Of a DNA stretch of 64,000 nucleotides, positions 40,313 to 49,630 are shown piece by piece. The notes beneath the pieces were generated by a model, which saw only the letters and a list, made by a program, of their open reading frames with translations, did no database searches and was not told the DNA's origin. This stretch comes from Bacteroidota bacterium (GTDB lineage Bacteria > Bacteroidota > Bacteroidia > M30B66). Position 1 is the first letter of the stretch. Each line of letters begins with the position of its first letter. The stretch lies in assembly GCA_027483445.1 (NCBI GenBank), contig JAIXUS010000078.1, positions 24,792-88,791 on the forward strand, read 5' to 3'. The position numbers were made by a program, and so were the translations under genes.

Positions 40313-40677
40313 TCTTCTTCCTCGTTTTGTTGGTTTCGAAGTCCAAATAGACTTTCCAAAATAGAGGTGATTATCGAAAGGATGAGACCAAAAAGGAAGG
40401 CCCATCCGAATCCATCGACTGTGAAGCCATCGAAAAGGGCATCGGCCGAAAGGATGATGATGGCGTTTATAAAGAGTAGAAAAATGCCCAGTGTGATGAT
40501 GGTGATGGGTATTGACAAAACCAGCAGCAGCGGTTTCAAAAAGGTATTAAGGAACGATAGCAATATGGCGAGTATTAAGGCGGCTCCGATGCCATCAATG
40601 TGCACACCGCTGAGCATTTCGGCTGTAATCAACACAGCGATAGCCACAATCAAAATTTGAATTATCCAGTTCTTCAT
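40309..40677 (-). CDS. Phage-holin-family (YvlD/DUF360-like) membrane protein
   Basis: LNTFLKPLLLVLSIPITIITLGIFLLFINA, GFTVDGFGWA. Confidence 0.85.
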   Translation of the reverse strand: MKNWIIQILIVAIAVLITAEMLSGVHIDGIGAALILAILLSFLNTFLKPLLLVLSIPITIITLGIFLLFINAIIILSADALFDGFTVDGFGWAFLFGLILSIITSILESLFGLRNQQNEEEE

Positions 40678-40724
40678 GTGAGATTCTCGTTCCCAAAATA
40701 GCGTTTTTCCTACATTTACGGCCT

Positions 40725-41885
40725 ATGAAAATTGTCACCATCATTGGAGCCCGACCTCAAATTATTAAAGCTGCTGCCTTAAGCCGCGCTGTGAGAGGCT
40801 TCCAACATCCGGTGCATGAGGTTATTGTTCACACCGGACAGCACTATGACCCCAACATGTCGGAGGTTTTTATTCGGGAGTTAAGCATCCCTCAGCCCGA
40901 CTATAATTTAGGTGTAGGCTCGGGTTCGCATGGAAAACAAACGGCCTCGATGATTGAGGGTATTGAACAGGTGCTAACTACCGAACAGCCTGATTGGCTT
41001 GTGGTCTACGGAGATACAAATTCTACCCTGGCCGGAGCCGTGGCAGCCTCTAAGCTGCATGTGCCTATTGCCCATATTGAAGCCGGCCTTCGGTCGTTTA
41101 ACAAATCGATGCCTGAAGAAGTGAACCGGATCATGTGCGACCATGTGTCGACCTTGCTTTTTTCTCCAACGGGTGCCGGGATTCGTAACTTGCTGCGGGA
41201 AGGCTTTGTTCAGCAAGAGGGGCCGTATACTGCCGACCGACCCGGCGTTTTTCATTGTGGCGACCTGATGTACGACAACAGTTTGCATTTTGCCGGTGTG
41301 GCAGAAGCACAAACCGATATAGCTAAGCGTCTCGATTTATCGCGGAAGCCCTTTCTATTGGCCACCATTCACCGAAATGCCAACACCGACGATGCCGAGC
41401 GCTTGAATCGACTTTTCGACACCTTATGTGAATTGTCGGAGCGCTTCGATCGCAGGATTATTTTACCCTTGCACCCCAGAACACGAAAAATGATGGAGCA
41501 AACTTTAACTTCTGAGGTGCAGGCGAGGTTGAAGGGTGTGGATATCGATGTTGTGGAACCCGCCTCATTTCTTGAGATGATTGTTCTTGAAAGCAGATCG
41601 GAGTTAGTGGTAACCGACTCAGGTGGCGTTCAAAAAGAGGCATATTATTTCAAGAAGCCCTGCATTATTCTACGTCCCGAAACTGAATGGATTGAATTGG
41701 TTGAGCTCGGTTGTGCGGCCTTGTGTGATGCCGACCGAAACCAGATTTTGGAATCCTACGTTGAGTTAACCCAGAGAGATTTATCGTTTCCCGATGTTTT
41801 TGGCGACGGAAAAGCGGCTGAATTTATCTTGTCGACCCTCTATAAAAACAGATTAATGAGGCCCACCGAGGGGGCGATTTTATAA
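40725..41885 (+). CDS. wecB: UDP-N-acetylglucosamine 2-epimerase (non-hydrolysing)
   Basis: IGARPQIIK, HTGQHYD, YGDTNST, HIEAGLRSF, TDSGGVQKEA. Confidence 0.95.
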   Translation: MKIVTIIGARPQIIKAAALSRAVRGFQHPVHEVIVHTGQHYDPNMSEVFIRELSIPQPDYNLGVGSGSHGKQTASMIEGIEQVLTTEQPDWLVVYGDTNSTLAGAVAASKLHVPIAHIEAGLRSFNKSMPEEVNRIMCDHVSTLLFSPTGAGIRNLLREGFVQQEGPYTADRPGVFHCGDLMYDNSLHFAGVAEAQTDIAKRLDLSRKPFLLATIHRNANTDDAERLNRLFDTLCELSERFDRRIILPLHPRTRKMMEQTLTSEVQARLKGVDIDVVEPASFLEMIVLESRSELVVTDSGGVQKEAYYFKKPCIILRPETEWIELVELGCAALCDADRNQILESYVELTQRDLSFPDVFGDGKAAEFILSTLYKNRLMRPTEGAIL

Positions 41886-41887
41886 AT

Positions 41888-43192
41888 ATGGTGCTGATTT
41901 ATGTAAACCGGATTACTTCTCGAAATAACTTTATTTTTAAGTTGTTTTTTAAGGAGATTTTGGGTTTACCCTATCAGCTTACAACACAAATTGAGGATTT
42001 CTCTCAGTATCAAGGACCAAAGCTGAGTTATTGCAGAACAGCTTTATGCGATGAAGTGTTTTTTTCAGCAACCGGATTGTTGTTTGAAACGGGAATTGTT
42101 GTGCAGGAAACCGAGCCGGTTATTTATCAGGGTAAACGTTATTTTTACCCCACACATCGCTCTTCTTCATTGCCTTTTGATCCATTCGCAGCGGCATTTT
42201 TTCTGGTAAGTAGATATGAAGAATATTTACCCCATATAAAAGATGCACACGGGCGATTTTCTTCTTCTCAGAGTTTAGCAGTACTGTATGGATTTATTGA
42301 GGAACCGGTTGTTAACCAATGGGCGCTGTTGGTGCTTGAATTACTCGAGCAAAAATATGGTAAATTAAAGCGACAAGCCTCTGCATATCGCTTTGAGCCG
42401 ACCATTGATATTGATAACGCCTGGGCCTTTCAGCATAAGGGTTTTATTAGAGTCGGGGCGGGGTTGTTTGGCGATTTAATAAACTTTAAAATCCGACATT
42501 TTCTTGAGCGGCTTCTTGTGTTGTTGCATTTGCGTAATGACCCATACGACACTTATGAGTATCAACTTTCGTTAACGGAAAAATATGGTTTATCGCCCAT
42601 TTATTTTTTTCTGTTAGGCGACTTTTCTACCTACGATCGCAATGTGCCTTACCAAAATAAGCAATTTCAGTCGTTGATTAAGTATTTAGACGACATTGGG
42701 CAAGTAGGAATTCACCCATCATACGCTTCCAATCAGAATGTTTTGCAATTAAAAAAGGAAATTTCAAGACTTTCCTTTATTTTGCATCGTGAAATTCGAT
42801 TAAGTCGACAACACTTTTTAAAATTGAGCTTGCCTGAAACATATCAGCGTTTGGTGGATTGCGATATTACCGACGATTACACAATGGGTTATGCCGACCG
42901 TGTGGGATTTAGAGCCGGTATGGCCAGTCCGTTTTTCTTTTACGATTTGGACCTGGAAATTGAAACGTCGTTGAAAATTCACCCATTTGCAGTAATGGAC
43001 GGGACATTAAAAGATTACATGCGTATTCAGCCTGAAAATGCGCTTTCGGTGATACGTCCAATTATTGAGCATATAAGAAAAGTAAATGGCACATTTATCA
43101 CTGTTTGGCACAATGAATCCTTTGCCGAGAACGAGCGATGGCGCGGTTGGAGAAAGGTTTATGAAGATCTTATTCTAGAAGCGATAACTTAA
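41888..43192 (+). CDS. Polysaccharide deacetylase-like protein (DUF7033-type)
   Basis: FFLVSRYEEY, TIDID, GIHPSY, RQHFL, DDYTMGY, VWHN. Confidence 0.8.
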   Translation: MVLIYVNRITSRNNFIFKLFFKEILGLPYQLTTQIEDFSQYQGPKLSYCRTALCDEVFFSATGLLFETGIVVQETEPVIYQGKRYFYPTHRSSSLPFDPFAAAFFLVSRYEEYLPHIKDAHGRFSSSQSLAVLYGFIEEPVVNQWALLVLELLEQKYGKLKRQASAYRFEPTIDIDNAWAFQHKGFIRVGAGLFGDLINFKIRHFLERLLVLLHLRNDPYDTYEYQLSLTEKYGLSPIYFFLLGDFSTYDRNVPYQNKQFQSLIKYLDDIGQVGIHPSYASNQNVLQLKKEISRLSFILHREIRLSRQHFLKLSLPETYQRLVDCDITDDYTMGYADRVGFRAGMASPFFFYDLDLEIETSLKIHPFAVMDGTLKDYMRIQPENALSVIRPIIEHIRKVNGTFITVWHNESFAENERWRGWRKVYEDLILEAIT

Positions 43193-43196
43193 TTTT

Positions 43197-44132
43197 ATGC
43201 ATTCAAATCTACCCTCACTTAAACTTATTCGTAGCAAAGAAATTAACCGCATATTGTGGGATCAATCCATAGAAAAAACCTGCAATGCACTGCCCTATGC
43301 CTGTAGCTGGTATCTCGATGCTGTTTGTGGCGACCAATGGGATGCGTTGATTTCTAGTGATTATTCGTGGCTTATTCCCTTGCCCTATAAAAGAAAAATG
43401 GGCATTCAGTATTTGCCTACTCCTTTATTTGTGCAACAGTTGGGCGTTTTTGGTCCTGATAAACCGACGCCAAAACTCATGGAAAGCCTTTTTGCTTACC
43501 TAGAAAAAACGTGTTCTTTGGTCGAGTTTAATATAAATTTTGCCAATCCCATTGAACCACAAGACGGTTGGGGGTTTCGTGAGCGCAGCAATTTAATACT
43601 TGCGATACCTTCAGAGCGGAGTAATTTGGTGAAAGGGTTTTCAGAAAACACACGACGAAATATCCGTAAGGCTGAGGATGCCCAATTGCGGTTTGGAAGC
43701 GCCTCGATTCGATCAATCATAAAGTTGTTTCAGGACTATAAAGAAGCCGAGGTTAAGCATTGGAAAGTAGAGTATTACAACGTGCTTGAGCGTTTGTATC
43801 ACATGGCTGCCTATCGCGGGTTCTCGAGGTGTTTTGGTGTATACAACACCGTGGGTGAGATGATTTGTGGGGCCATGATTGTTGAGTGGAACCACAGGGC
43901 TGTATTTGTGTTTTCCGGCAATTCACCGGAAGGCAAGGAGCTTGGTGCCATGCCATATTTAATTCACAAGTACTTGTTGGAAGCCCCTCCTGAAATAACC
44001 TGTTTCGACTTTGAAGGCTCCGACAATCCGGGCTTAAAACGGTTTTATCAAAGTTTTGGTGCGATTGAGTCGAACTACGTACATTTGACGATGAACCGGT
44101 TACCTTTTTATTTGCGCTGGTTAAAGACATAA
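43197..44132 (+). CDS. GNAT/FemAB-like acyltransferase-fold protein
   Basis: YACSWYLD, LFVQQLG, NTRRNIRKA, FDFEGSDNPGLKRFYQSFGA. Confidence 0.75.
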   Translation: MHSNLPSLKLIRSKEINRILWDQSIEKTCNALPYACSWYLDAVCGDQWDALISSDYSWLIPLPYKRKMGIQYLPTPLFVQQLGVFGPDKPTPKLMESLFAYLEKTCSLVEFNINFANPIEPQDGWGFRERSNLILAIPSERSNLVKGFSENTRRNIRKAEDAQLRFGSASIRSIIKLFQDYKEAEVKHWKVEYYNVLERLYHMAAYRGFSRCFGVYNTVGEMICGAMIVEWNHRAVFVFSGNSPEGKELGAMPYLIHKYLLEAPPEITCFDFEGSDNPGLKRFYQSFGAIESNYVHLTMNRLPFYLRWLKT

Positions 44133-44134
44133 CT

Positions 44135-44782
44135 ATGGTCCATATTCTCAACGACAAACCCAGCATTGCCAACGTTTTTCTCGCCGAACTGCGCGATGAA
44201 ATCATTCAAAAGGATCCGTTGAGATTTCGCAGAAACCTTGAGCGCTTGGGGGAGATTTTGGCCTACGAAATCAGTAAGAACCTTCAGTACCAACTCCAAG
44301 AAGTAACCACACCTTTGGGTGTTGCGGAAGTGCAGTTGCTTGCTGAACAACCCGTGATTGCCACAATTCTAAGGGCCGGTTTACCCGTTCATACCGGTTT
44401 GCTCAATTACTTCGACCGGGCAGGCAGCGCCTTCATTTCAGCTTACCGTAAACATCACAAGGATGGCTCTTTTGAAATCAAGGTTGAGTATTTAAGCAGT
44501 CCGAACCTCGATGATAAAGTGTTGATTCTCTGCGATCCTATGCTGGCTACCGGGCAGTCGATGTATCTTACGTACAAGGCGATTTTGGCCATGGGCAAAC
44601 CCCGACATGTGCATGTTGTGAGTTTAATTGCATCGGCCGAAGGGCTTGAATATGTGAAGCGGCATTTTCCGGTGAACACCAGTATTTGGTTGGGTGCAGT
44701 AGATGATGAGCTTACGGTAAAGTCGTACATCGTGCCGGGACTTGGTGATGCAGGTGATCTGGCTTACGGTCCGAAAATCTAG
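44135..44782 (+). CDS. upp: Uracil phosphoribosyltransferase
   Basis: TILRAGL, DPMLATGQS, YIVPGLGDAGDLAYG. Confidence 0.95.
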   Translation: MVHILNDKPSIANVFLAELRDEIIQKDPLRFRRNLERLGEILAYEISKNLQYQLQEVTTPLGVAEVQLLAEQPVIATILRAGLPVHTGLLNYFDRAGSAFISAYRKHHKDGSFEIKVEYLSSPNLDDKVLILCDPMLATGQSMYLTYKAILAMGKPRHVHVVSLIASAEGLEYVKRHFPVNTSIWLGAVDDELTVKSYIVPGLGDAGDLAYGPKI

Positions 44783-44787
44783 CCCCA

Positions 44788-45240
44788 ATGCTTTTTAAGC
44801 TAATCCCGATTTTCTTATTGTGCATGGTGAAGTTTGTGGTGGGTGTACCGGCGATGTATGCGGCCACGCGATGGGACTTTCTGCCTTTGTTTTTAGTGTC
44901 GAGCGTTGCAGGAATTTGTGGTGTAGTAGCCTTCTTGTTTTTTGAAACTTGGCTTAGCAAAATGTGGAATGCATTTATGCTCAGGTTTAGAAAACCGAAA
45001 CAGCGGGTGAAGCCTAAGTTGTTTACTCGGCGTAATCGGCTGCTGGTAAAAATACTCAGGCGATATGGACTACCCGGAATTGCATTTATTACACCAACAC
45101 TCATTTCAATTCCTGTAGGCAGTGTGCTTGCGGGCAGGCTCTTTCCCGACCATAAAAAGGTATTCGTGAACCTCTCTGTTTCGGTACTGCTGTGGTCGGC
45201 ATTTCTGAGTATAATTCTAACAAGTGGCATTAAATGGTAA
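44788..45240 (+). CDS. Small membrane protein (small multidrug export-like)
   Basis: Hydrophobic helices; RRYGLPGIAFITPTLISIPVG motif. Confidence 0.6.
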   Translation: MLFKLIPIFLLCMVKFVVGVPAMYAATRWDFLPLFLVSSVAGICGVVAFLFFETWLSKMWNAFMLRFRKPKQRVKPKLFTRRNRLLVKILRRYGLPGIAFITPTLISIPVGSVLAGRLFPDHKKVFVNLSVSVLLWSAFLSIILTSGIKW

Positions 45241-45917
45241 ACAAAACAACCATTCAGCACATATTCTTTGATTTAGATCGAACTCTTTGGGATTACGACA
45301 AGAATGTGAGAGAGTCGCTTTTTGATTTGTATGATGAATATCTGAGAGGGCTCGTTATAGGTGATGCCGCTACCTTTCATCGTGTTTTTCTTTTCGAAAA
45401 TGGGCGTTTGTGGGAGGACTATACAGCGAATAAAATTGGTAAGGATTATCTACGTCAGAACCGATTTTTTTTCACGATCCGCCGTATGGGCTTGCCCGAT
45501 GTTGATGTGGCCGAAGCTTTAGAGAAGGCTTATATGGCCGTAACTCCTGCGAAGAAGCACTTGATTCCCGGAGTTCATGAAACCCTTTCGGAATTGTCGA
45601 AGAGATATAGGCTGCATATTTTAACCAATGGTTTTGAGGATGCGCAGAATTTTAAGTTAGAAAATTCGGGTATTAGGCAGTATTTCGACACGGTTATAAC
45701 GAGCGATGCGGCACAGTCGACCAAACCGAACCGGAAAATTTTTTTGTATTCGGAAAGCAAGATCAACTCCGGACCTATGCATTGTGTGTTGGTGGGTGAT
45801 GATTTAAGGGCCGATGTTGGTGGTGCCCGCAACGCGGGATGGCAGGCCGTTCATTTTCATCCCAACCAGGAAGGTGAAGGAGTTAAATTGTTGGAGGAGC
45901 TCCTGGAGCACCTCTAG
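45234..45917 (+). CDS. YjjG-family HAD noncanonical pyrimidine nucleotidase
   Basis: FFDLDRTLWD, ILTNGF, KPNRKIF, VGDDLRADVGGA. Confidence 0.88.
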   Translation: MVNKTTIQHIFFDLDRTLWDYDKNVRESLFDLYDEYLRGLVIGDAATFHRVFLFENGRLWEDYTANKIGKDYLRQNRFFFTIRRMGLPDVDVAEALEKAYMAVTPAKKHLIPGVHETLSELSKRYRLHILTNGFEDAQNFKLENSGIRQYFDTVITSDAAQSTKPNRKIFLYSESKINSGPMHCVLVGDDLRADVGGARNAGWQAVHFHPNQEGEGVKLLEELLEHL

Positions 45918-45968
45918 GCCGGCTGTCGAGAATTATTGTGCCAGCGGGTGCAGCGGATACCCCGCAAA

Positions 45969-46049
45969 ACAGAGTGAGCGTGAGCGTGGGAGAGTGAGTG
46001 CGGTACTGAGAGTTGGAGTGGGAAGGGAGTGCGTGAGCGCGGACTCTGT
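45969..46049. repeat. Low-complexity purine-rich GAG[C/T]G[T/C] tract bracketed by ACAGAGT/ACTCTGT
   Basis: gtgagcgtgagcgtgggagagtgagtgcg...; read directly from the sequence. Confidence 0.5.
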
Positions 46050-46144
46050 TTGAGGAGTATGAGCGAAACACGCGGTGCCCGGCGATACAGCAACAGTATA
46101 CCGAAATGCTGAGCGAGGCAGGCACCCCAACAATCAACTCTACT

Positions 46145-46356
46145 TAGGGCTTACTGAAAAACACTCAGTAGTTTTATTTGTAGCACTTTCGTCCCTGTTT
46201 AATTGAGGCTTAATGCAAGGGTTTTAAGTCTGGCTTTTGAAAATCCATTCACTCTTAAGTTCATGAAGTTCAATTTTTCGTTAGCCAGAAATACAACATC
46301 TGCTTCGTTGCCCGCAGCTCGCATCTGCCGCATTTCTGGCTTTTTCAATAAGCCCT
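46145..46356 (+). mobile_element. MITE-like element copy B, both terminal inverted repeats, about 35-bp internal deletion
   Basis: Left TAGGGCTTACTGAAAA, right TTTTCAATAAGCCCT (1 mismatch); body colinear with the reverse complement of 51639-51880. Confidence 0.8.
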
Positions 46357-46489
46357 GCTTGACCTAGGCAGGTGCCCAGATGTTTCGAAAACTTAAGTAG
46401 TTTATTTTCAAGCAGTAGCTTGGTTTGAGCGGTAAACCTTTGTTCGGAATTCGTTTGATTTGAGTGGTGTACTGAAGGCGGTACAAACG

Positions 46490-46512
46490 AAAAAAGGCGG
46501 TTCTCACCGCCT
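46490..46512 (-). terminator. Intrinsic terminator of the Cys-rich protein gene
   Basis: Minus strand AGGCGG-TGAGAA-CCGCCT followed by a T run, about 20 bp after the stop. Confidence 0.75.
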
Positions 46513-46533
46513 CTTCGAATCGCTTTTCTCAGA

Positions 46534-46857
46534 TTATTTCTTTTCGCCTGAACAGCTTTTTGCTGCTGATTTGCTGCAGCAGCCACCTGTTTTTGCAGGA
46601 GCAGCGCCTCCGTTTCCGGATTCTACAGCTTTAATTTCTGTGGCTTTTGTTTCAGTTGCTTTCTCTGCTGATCCACATGATTTTGCGGCAGTAGATGAGC
46701 AGCAGCTACCTTTTTTGTTTTTCTTCTTGTCTTTGTCCTTATCCTTGTCTTTGTCGGTTTTTTCGATAGAAACAGTGTTGTTTGAAGCGGCATAAGCGCT
46801 AACAACAGAACCCAAAGAGAAGGTGCTCAATAGGAGCAGGGCGATGATTTTTTTCAT
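46534..46857 (-). CDS. Small secreted low-complexity protein with (KD)n tract and two GxCCSxxAAKSC motifs
   Basis: Signal peptide MKKIIALLLLSTF...AYA; own terminator. Confidence 0.75.
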   Translation of the reverse strand: MKKIIALLLLSTFSLGSVVSAYAASNNTVSIEKTDKDKDKDKDKKKNKKGSCCSSTAAKSCGSAEKATETKATEIKAVESGNGGAAPAKTGGCCSKSAAKSCSGEKK

Positions 46858-46906
46858 GGTTTGAAGAATTGTTCGGTAAATGTACGTGAAAAAACAAATA
46901 ATCGTA

Positions 46907-47560
46907 TCAGAGCCATGCAATTTCTGTGATGCCACCTTTCACAATCTGACCGAGTTGAACGTTCACTTTGGCCTCAAGGGGCAAGATGATATCGACACGC
47001 GAGCCGAATTTGATAAACCCAAATTCAGCGCCCTGGCTGGCTTTGTCGCCCACCTTACTGTAGGTGATAATTCTGCGGGCCACGTATCCGGCTATTTGCC
47101 TAAGCATAACGCTATGGCGTTCATTTTCAACCACAACGGTGCTCCGTTCATTTTCAGTGGAGGACTTTGGATGGCTGGCTACGAGGTATAGGCCTTCGTG
47201 GTATTTCACATACTTTACGGTGCCACTGATCGAAAATCGGTTTATGTGAACGTTGAGGGGCGACATAAACACCGACACTAATCGGCGTTTGTCGTGGTAG
47301 TACTCCTGTTCATCGATTTCTTCGATAGCCACGATTTTTCCATCGGCGGGACATAAAACATGGGCATCTCCGATATTTTGTTTGCGCGATGGGTTTCGAA
47401 AAAACTGTAAAACGAGCAGGAACACGATTACAGAGGCAGTCAAAACCACGGCGCGTAACACCAATGCATCGCTGAAAAATTGCTGCATGCAGGCATTTAG
47501 AACAATATTGAAAATAGCCAGTATGATGAGCATTTTATGCCCTTCTCGATGTATCGTCAT
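46907..47560 (-). CDS. psd: Phosphatidylserine decarboxylase proenzyme
   Basis: FFRNP, CPADG, FMSPLNVH, GFIKFGSRVD self-cleavage motif. Confidence 0.93.
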   Translation of the reverse strand: MTIHREGHKMLIILAIFNIVLNACMQQFFSDALVLRAVVLTASVIVFLLVLQFFRNPSRKQNIGDAHVLCPADGKIVAIEEIDEQEYYHDKRRLVSVFMSPLNVHINRFSISGTVKYVKYHEGLYLVASHPKSSTENERSTVVVENERHSVMLRQIAGYVARRIITYSKVGDKASQGAEFGFIKFGSRVDIILPLEAKVNVQLGQIVKGGITEIAWL

Positions 47561-47594
47561 GTACGCGTTAATTTAGGTTGGCAAAAAAGATAGC

Positions 47595-47939
47595 CTAAAG
47601 GTGCATGTAGTTCTTTTTAGCCATCAACTGCTCCTGTGTTTCCCGGAAGTCGGGATCATCTACGCAGCAGTCAACCGGACAAACCGCAGCACACTGTGGC
47701 TCATCGTGGAAGCCAACGCACTCTGTGCACTTATCGGTAACGATGTAGTACACGTCCATCGCTTTTGGCTGGTTTGTTTGGTCGGCTTGATAAGTGCCAC
47801 TTGAGACGTTCACCTCGCCTTTGAGCGAAGTGCCATCCGCGAAGCGCCATTCTGTTCCGCCTTCGTAAATAGCATTATTGGGGCACTCCGGCTCGCAGGC
47901 GCCGCAGTTTATACATTCATCAGTGATCATGATTGCCAT
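47595..47939 (-). CDS. 2[4Fe-4S] ferredoxin (YfhL-like)
   Basis: [12 protein letters not shown] and [21 protein letters not shown]. Confidence 0.93.
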   Translation of the reverse strand: MAIMITDECINCGACEPECPNNAIYEGGTEWRFADGTSLKGEVNVSSGTYQADQTNQPKAMDVYYIVTDKCTECVGFHDEPQCAAVCPVDCCVDDPDFRETQEQLMAKKNYMHL

Positions 47940-47997
47940 AGCACATCAGATTTAAGGGTTATTTTCGCGGGGCGAAATTACGTGATATTTGATTCAA

Positions 47998-49056
47998 ATG
48001 ACCACCGAACAAAGAATACAGGCTTTTGTTGCTTTGGGGCTGGAAATCCGCCAATTGCTTGAAGACCCTGAAAGTCAAGCCCTGAATGTGCGCCAGCAAC
48101 AGCTGAAAAAGCTGGCCGCCAACCTCTATTTGAGTAACGCGTGGTTTAGTCCCGACCAAGTTGAGCTCGCATTACAGGGTTTGGTAAGGCTCCTCGATGA
48201 AGACGCCTTGCGAGGCTGGCTTGAGTCGTACAAATCGAGTCTTGATAAGCCTTCTGCGGCAACCATTGGTGTGGTGATGGCCGGAAATTTACCCGCTGTT
48301 GGCTTTCATGATTTTTTGTGTGTGCTGTTAAGTGGGCGAAAAATAACGGCAAAGCTGAGTTCCGACGATCGTTTGCTGCTTCCTGCTCTGGCGGCCATGC
48401 TGGTGGCCATCGAGCCCGGCTTTGCGAACGATATACACTTTAGCGACGGCAAGCTGCTTCCTTTCGAAGCCATAATTGCCACGGGCAGCAACAACTCATC
48501 GCGATATTTTGAGTATTATTTCGCTCAGTATCCGCGCATTATCAGACGAAGCCGAACCTCGGTGGCTATCTTAAACGGGCTTGAAACAGAAGCCGACCTT
48601 GCCTTGTTGGCCAATGATGTATTCTCGTTTTACGGCATGGGCTGCCGAAGCGTAACGCATGTGTTTTTACCCGAGGGCTTTTCGCCCATTCGGTTTCTTG
48701 AACAATGCGGACAATGGTCGCATCTCCAACACCACTCTAAATTTTTTCATAACTACGAATATCACCGGGCGGGCTTTCTCATCAATCAAATAGCGCACTT
48801 CGACAACGGATTTCTAATTCTGAAGGAAGATGCCGCGTGGCAGAGTCCGGTGGCAGTTTTACATTATTCGATGTATACCAATTACGAAGATGTTAAATCG
48901 GAAATTTTGCAGCGCCGAGAAGAGGTTCAGGTTGTTGCCATGTTGAAGCCCGACAAAGACTTACAGGCCGTACCTTTCGGCACTACTCAAATGCCGGGTC
49001 CGGCCGACTACGCAGACGGAGTGGACACGTTACAGTTTATTCTTGAAAATACTTGA
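47998..49056 (+). CDS. Acyl-CoA reductase (LuxC-like)
   Basis: VMAGNLPAVGFHD, IATGSNNSSRYFEYYF, FYGMGCRS (catalytic Cys). Confidence 0.88.
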   Translation: MTTEQRIQAFVALGLEIRQLLEDPESQALNVRQQQLKKLAANLYLSNAWFSPDQVELALQGLVRLLDEDALRGWLESYKSSLDKPSAATIGVVMAGNLPAVGFHDFLCVLLSGRKITAKLSSDDRLLLPALAAMLVAIEPGFANDIHFSDGKLLPFEAIIATGSNNSSRYFEYYFAQYPRIIRRSRTSVAILNGLETEADLALLANDVFSFYGMGCRSVTHVFLPEGFSPIRFLEQCGQWSHLQHHSKFFHNYEYHRAGFLINQIAHFDNGFLILKEDAAWQSPVAVLHYSMYTNYEDVKSEILQRREEVQVVAMLKPDKDLQAVPFGTTQMPGPADYADGVDTLQFILENT

Positions 49057-49062
49057 TTTACC

Positions 49063-49548
49063 ATGGGTTCCACGACAATTCGACAGCAGTTTCTCATTTT
49101 TCTTCTCTTTACCTTTTCTACCATGCATGCGCAAGAAAATACCCCAATCATTACCGGAATTATGAACGACACTTTGTTTCAAACAGAGTGGTATACCCAG
49201 TGGAACGATGCCAAAGACTACAAGGCTAATCCAGACGTGTTGAAGAAGTTATCGGAACTTCCTACAGGTTCCATTCACTTTATGGTTTATCTGGGTACCT
49301 GGTGTGATGACAGCCGTAAGCATGTTCCGGTTTTTCTTGACCTTGCCCGTCAGCTTAACTGGAAGTACAGTCTCATTGGCGTTAATCGCGAAAAGGAATG
49401 TCCGCTCGACAAGAAAGCCTGTAAATCGTGGGATATTCTCTATCTGCCAACCATTGTTGTGCTGCGCGATGGCGTTGAGCTTGGGCGCATGGTGGAAACG
49501 CCTAAAGCATCTGTTGAACAGGATATACTCGACATTCTTGGAAGGTAA
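49063..49548 (+). CDS. Thioredoxin-family protein (WCxDS type)
   Basis: YLGTWCDDS, LPTIVV..DGVELGRMVE. Confidence 0.8.
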   Translation: MGSTTIRQQFLIFLLFTFSTMHAQENTPIITGIMNDTLFQTEWYTQWNDAKDYKANPDVLKKLSELPTGSIHFMVYLGTWCDDSRKHVPVFLDLARQLNWKYSLIGVNREKECPLDKKACKSWDILYLPTIVVLRDGVELGRMVETPKASVEQDILDILGR

Positions 49549-49616
49549 CCTGTGCTTGCACAGATGAAGAAATTGTGAAACCCTCGATTTTACCGCACAC
49601 CAAGCGAGGCAAATTC

Positions 49617-49624
49617 TAACTTTG
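49617..49624 (+). promoter_or_regulatory. Bacteroidetes -7 element TAACTTTG
   Basis: TAnnTTTG match just upstream of ATG 49631. Confidence 0.45.
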
Positions 49625-49630
49625 AGGCCT

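Noticed and set aside
40309-40677. Prophage lysis gene
   Set aside because: The holin-family label applies to a widespread chromosomal membrane protein; there are no endolysin, structural or integrase genes around it.
47998-49056. Bioluminescence locus
   Set aside because: Only a LuxC-like reductase is present; no luxAB/luxD/luxE in the window.
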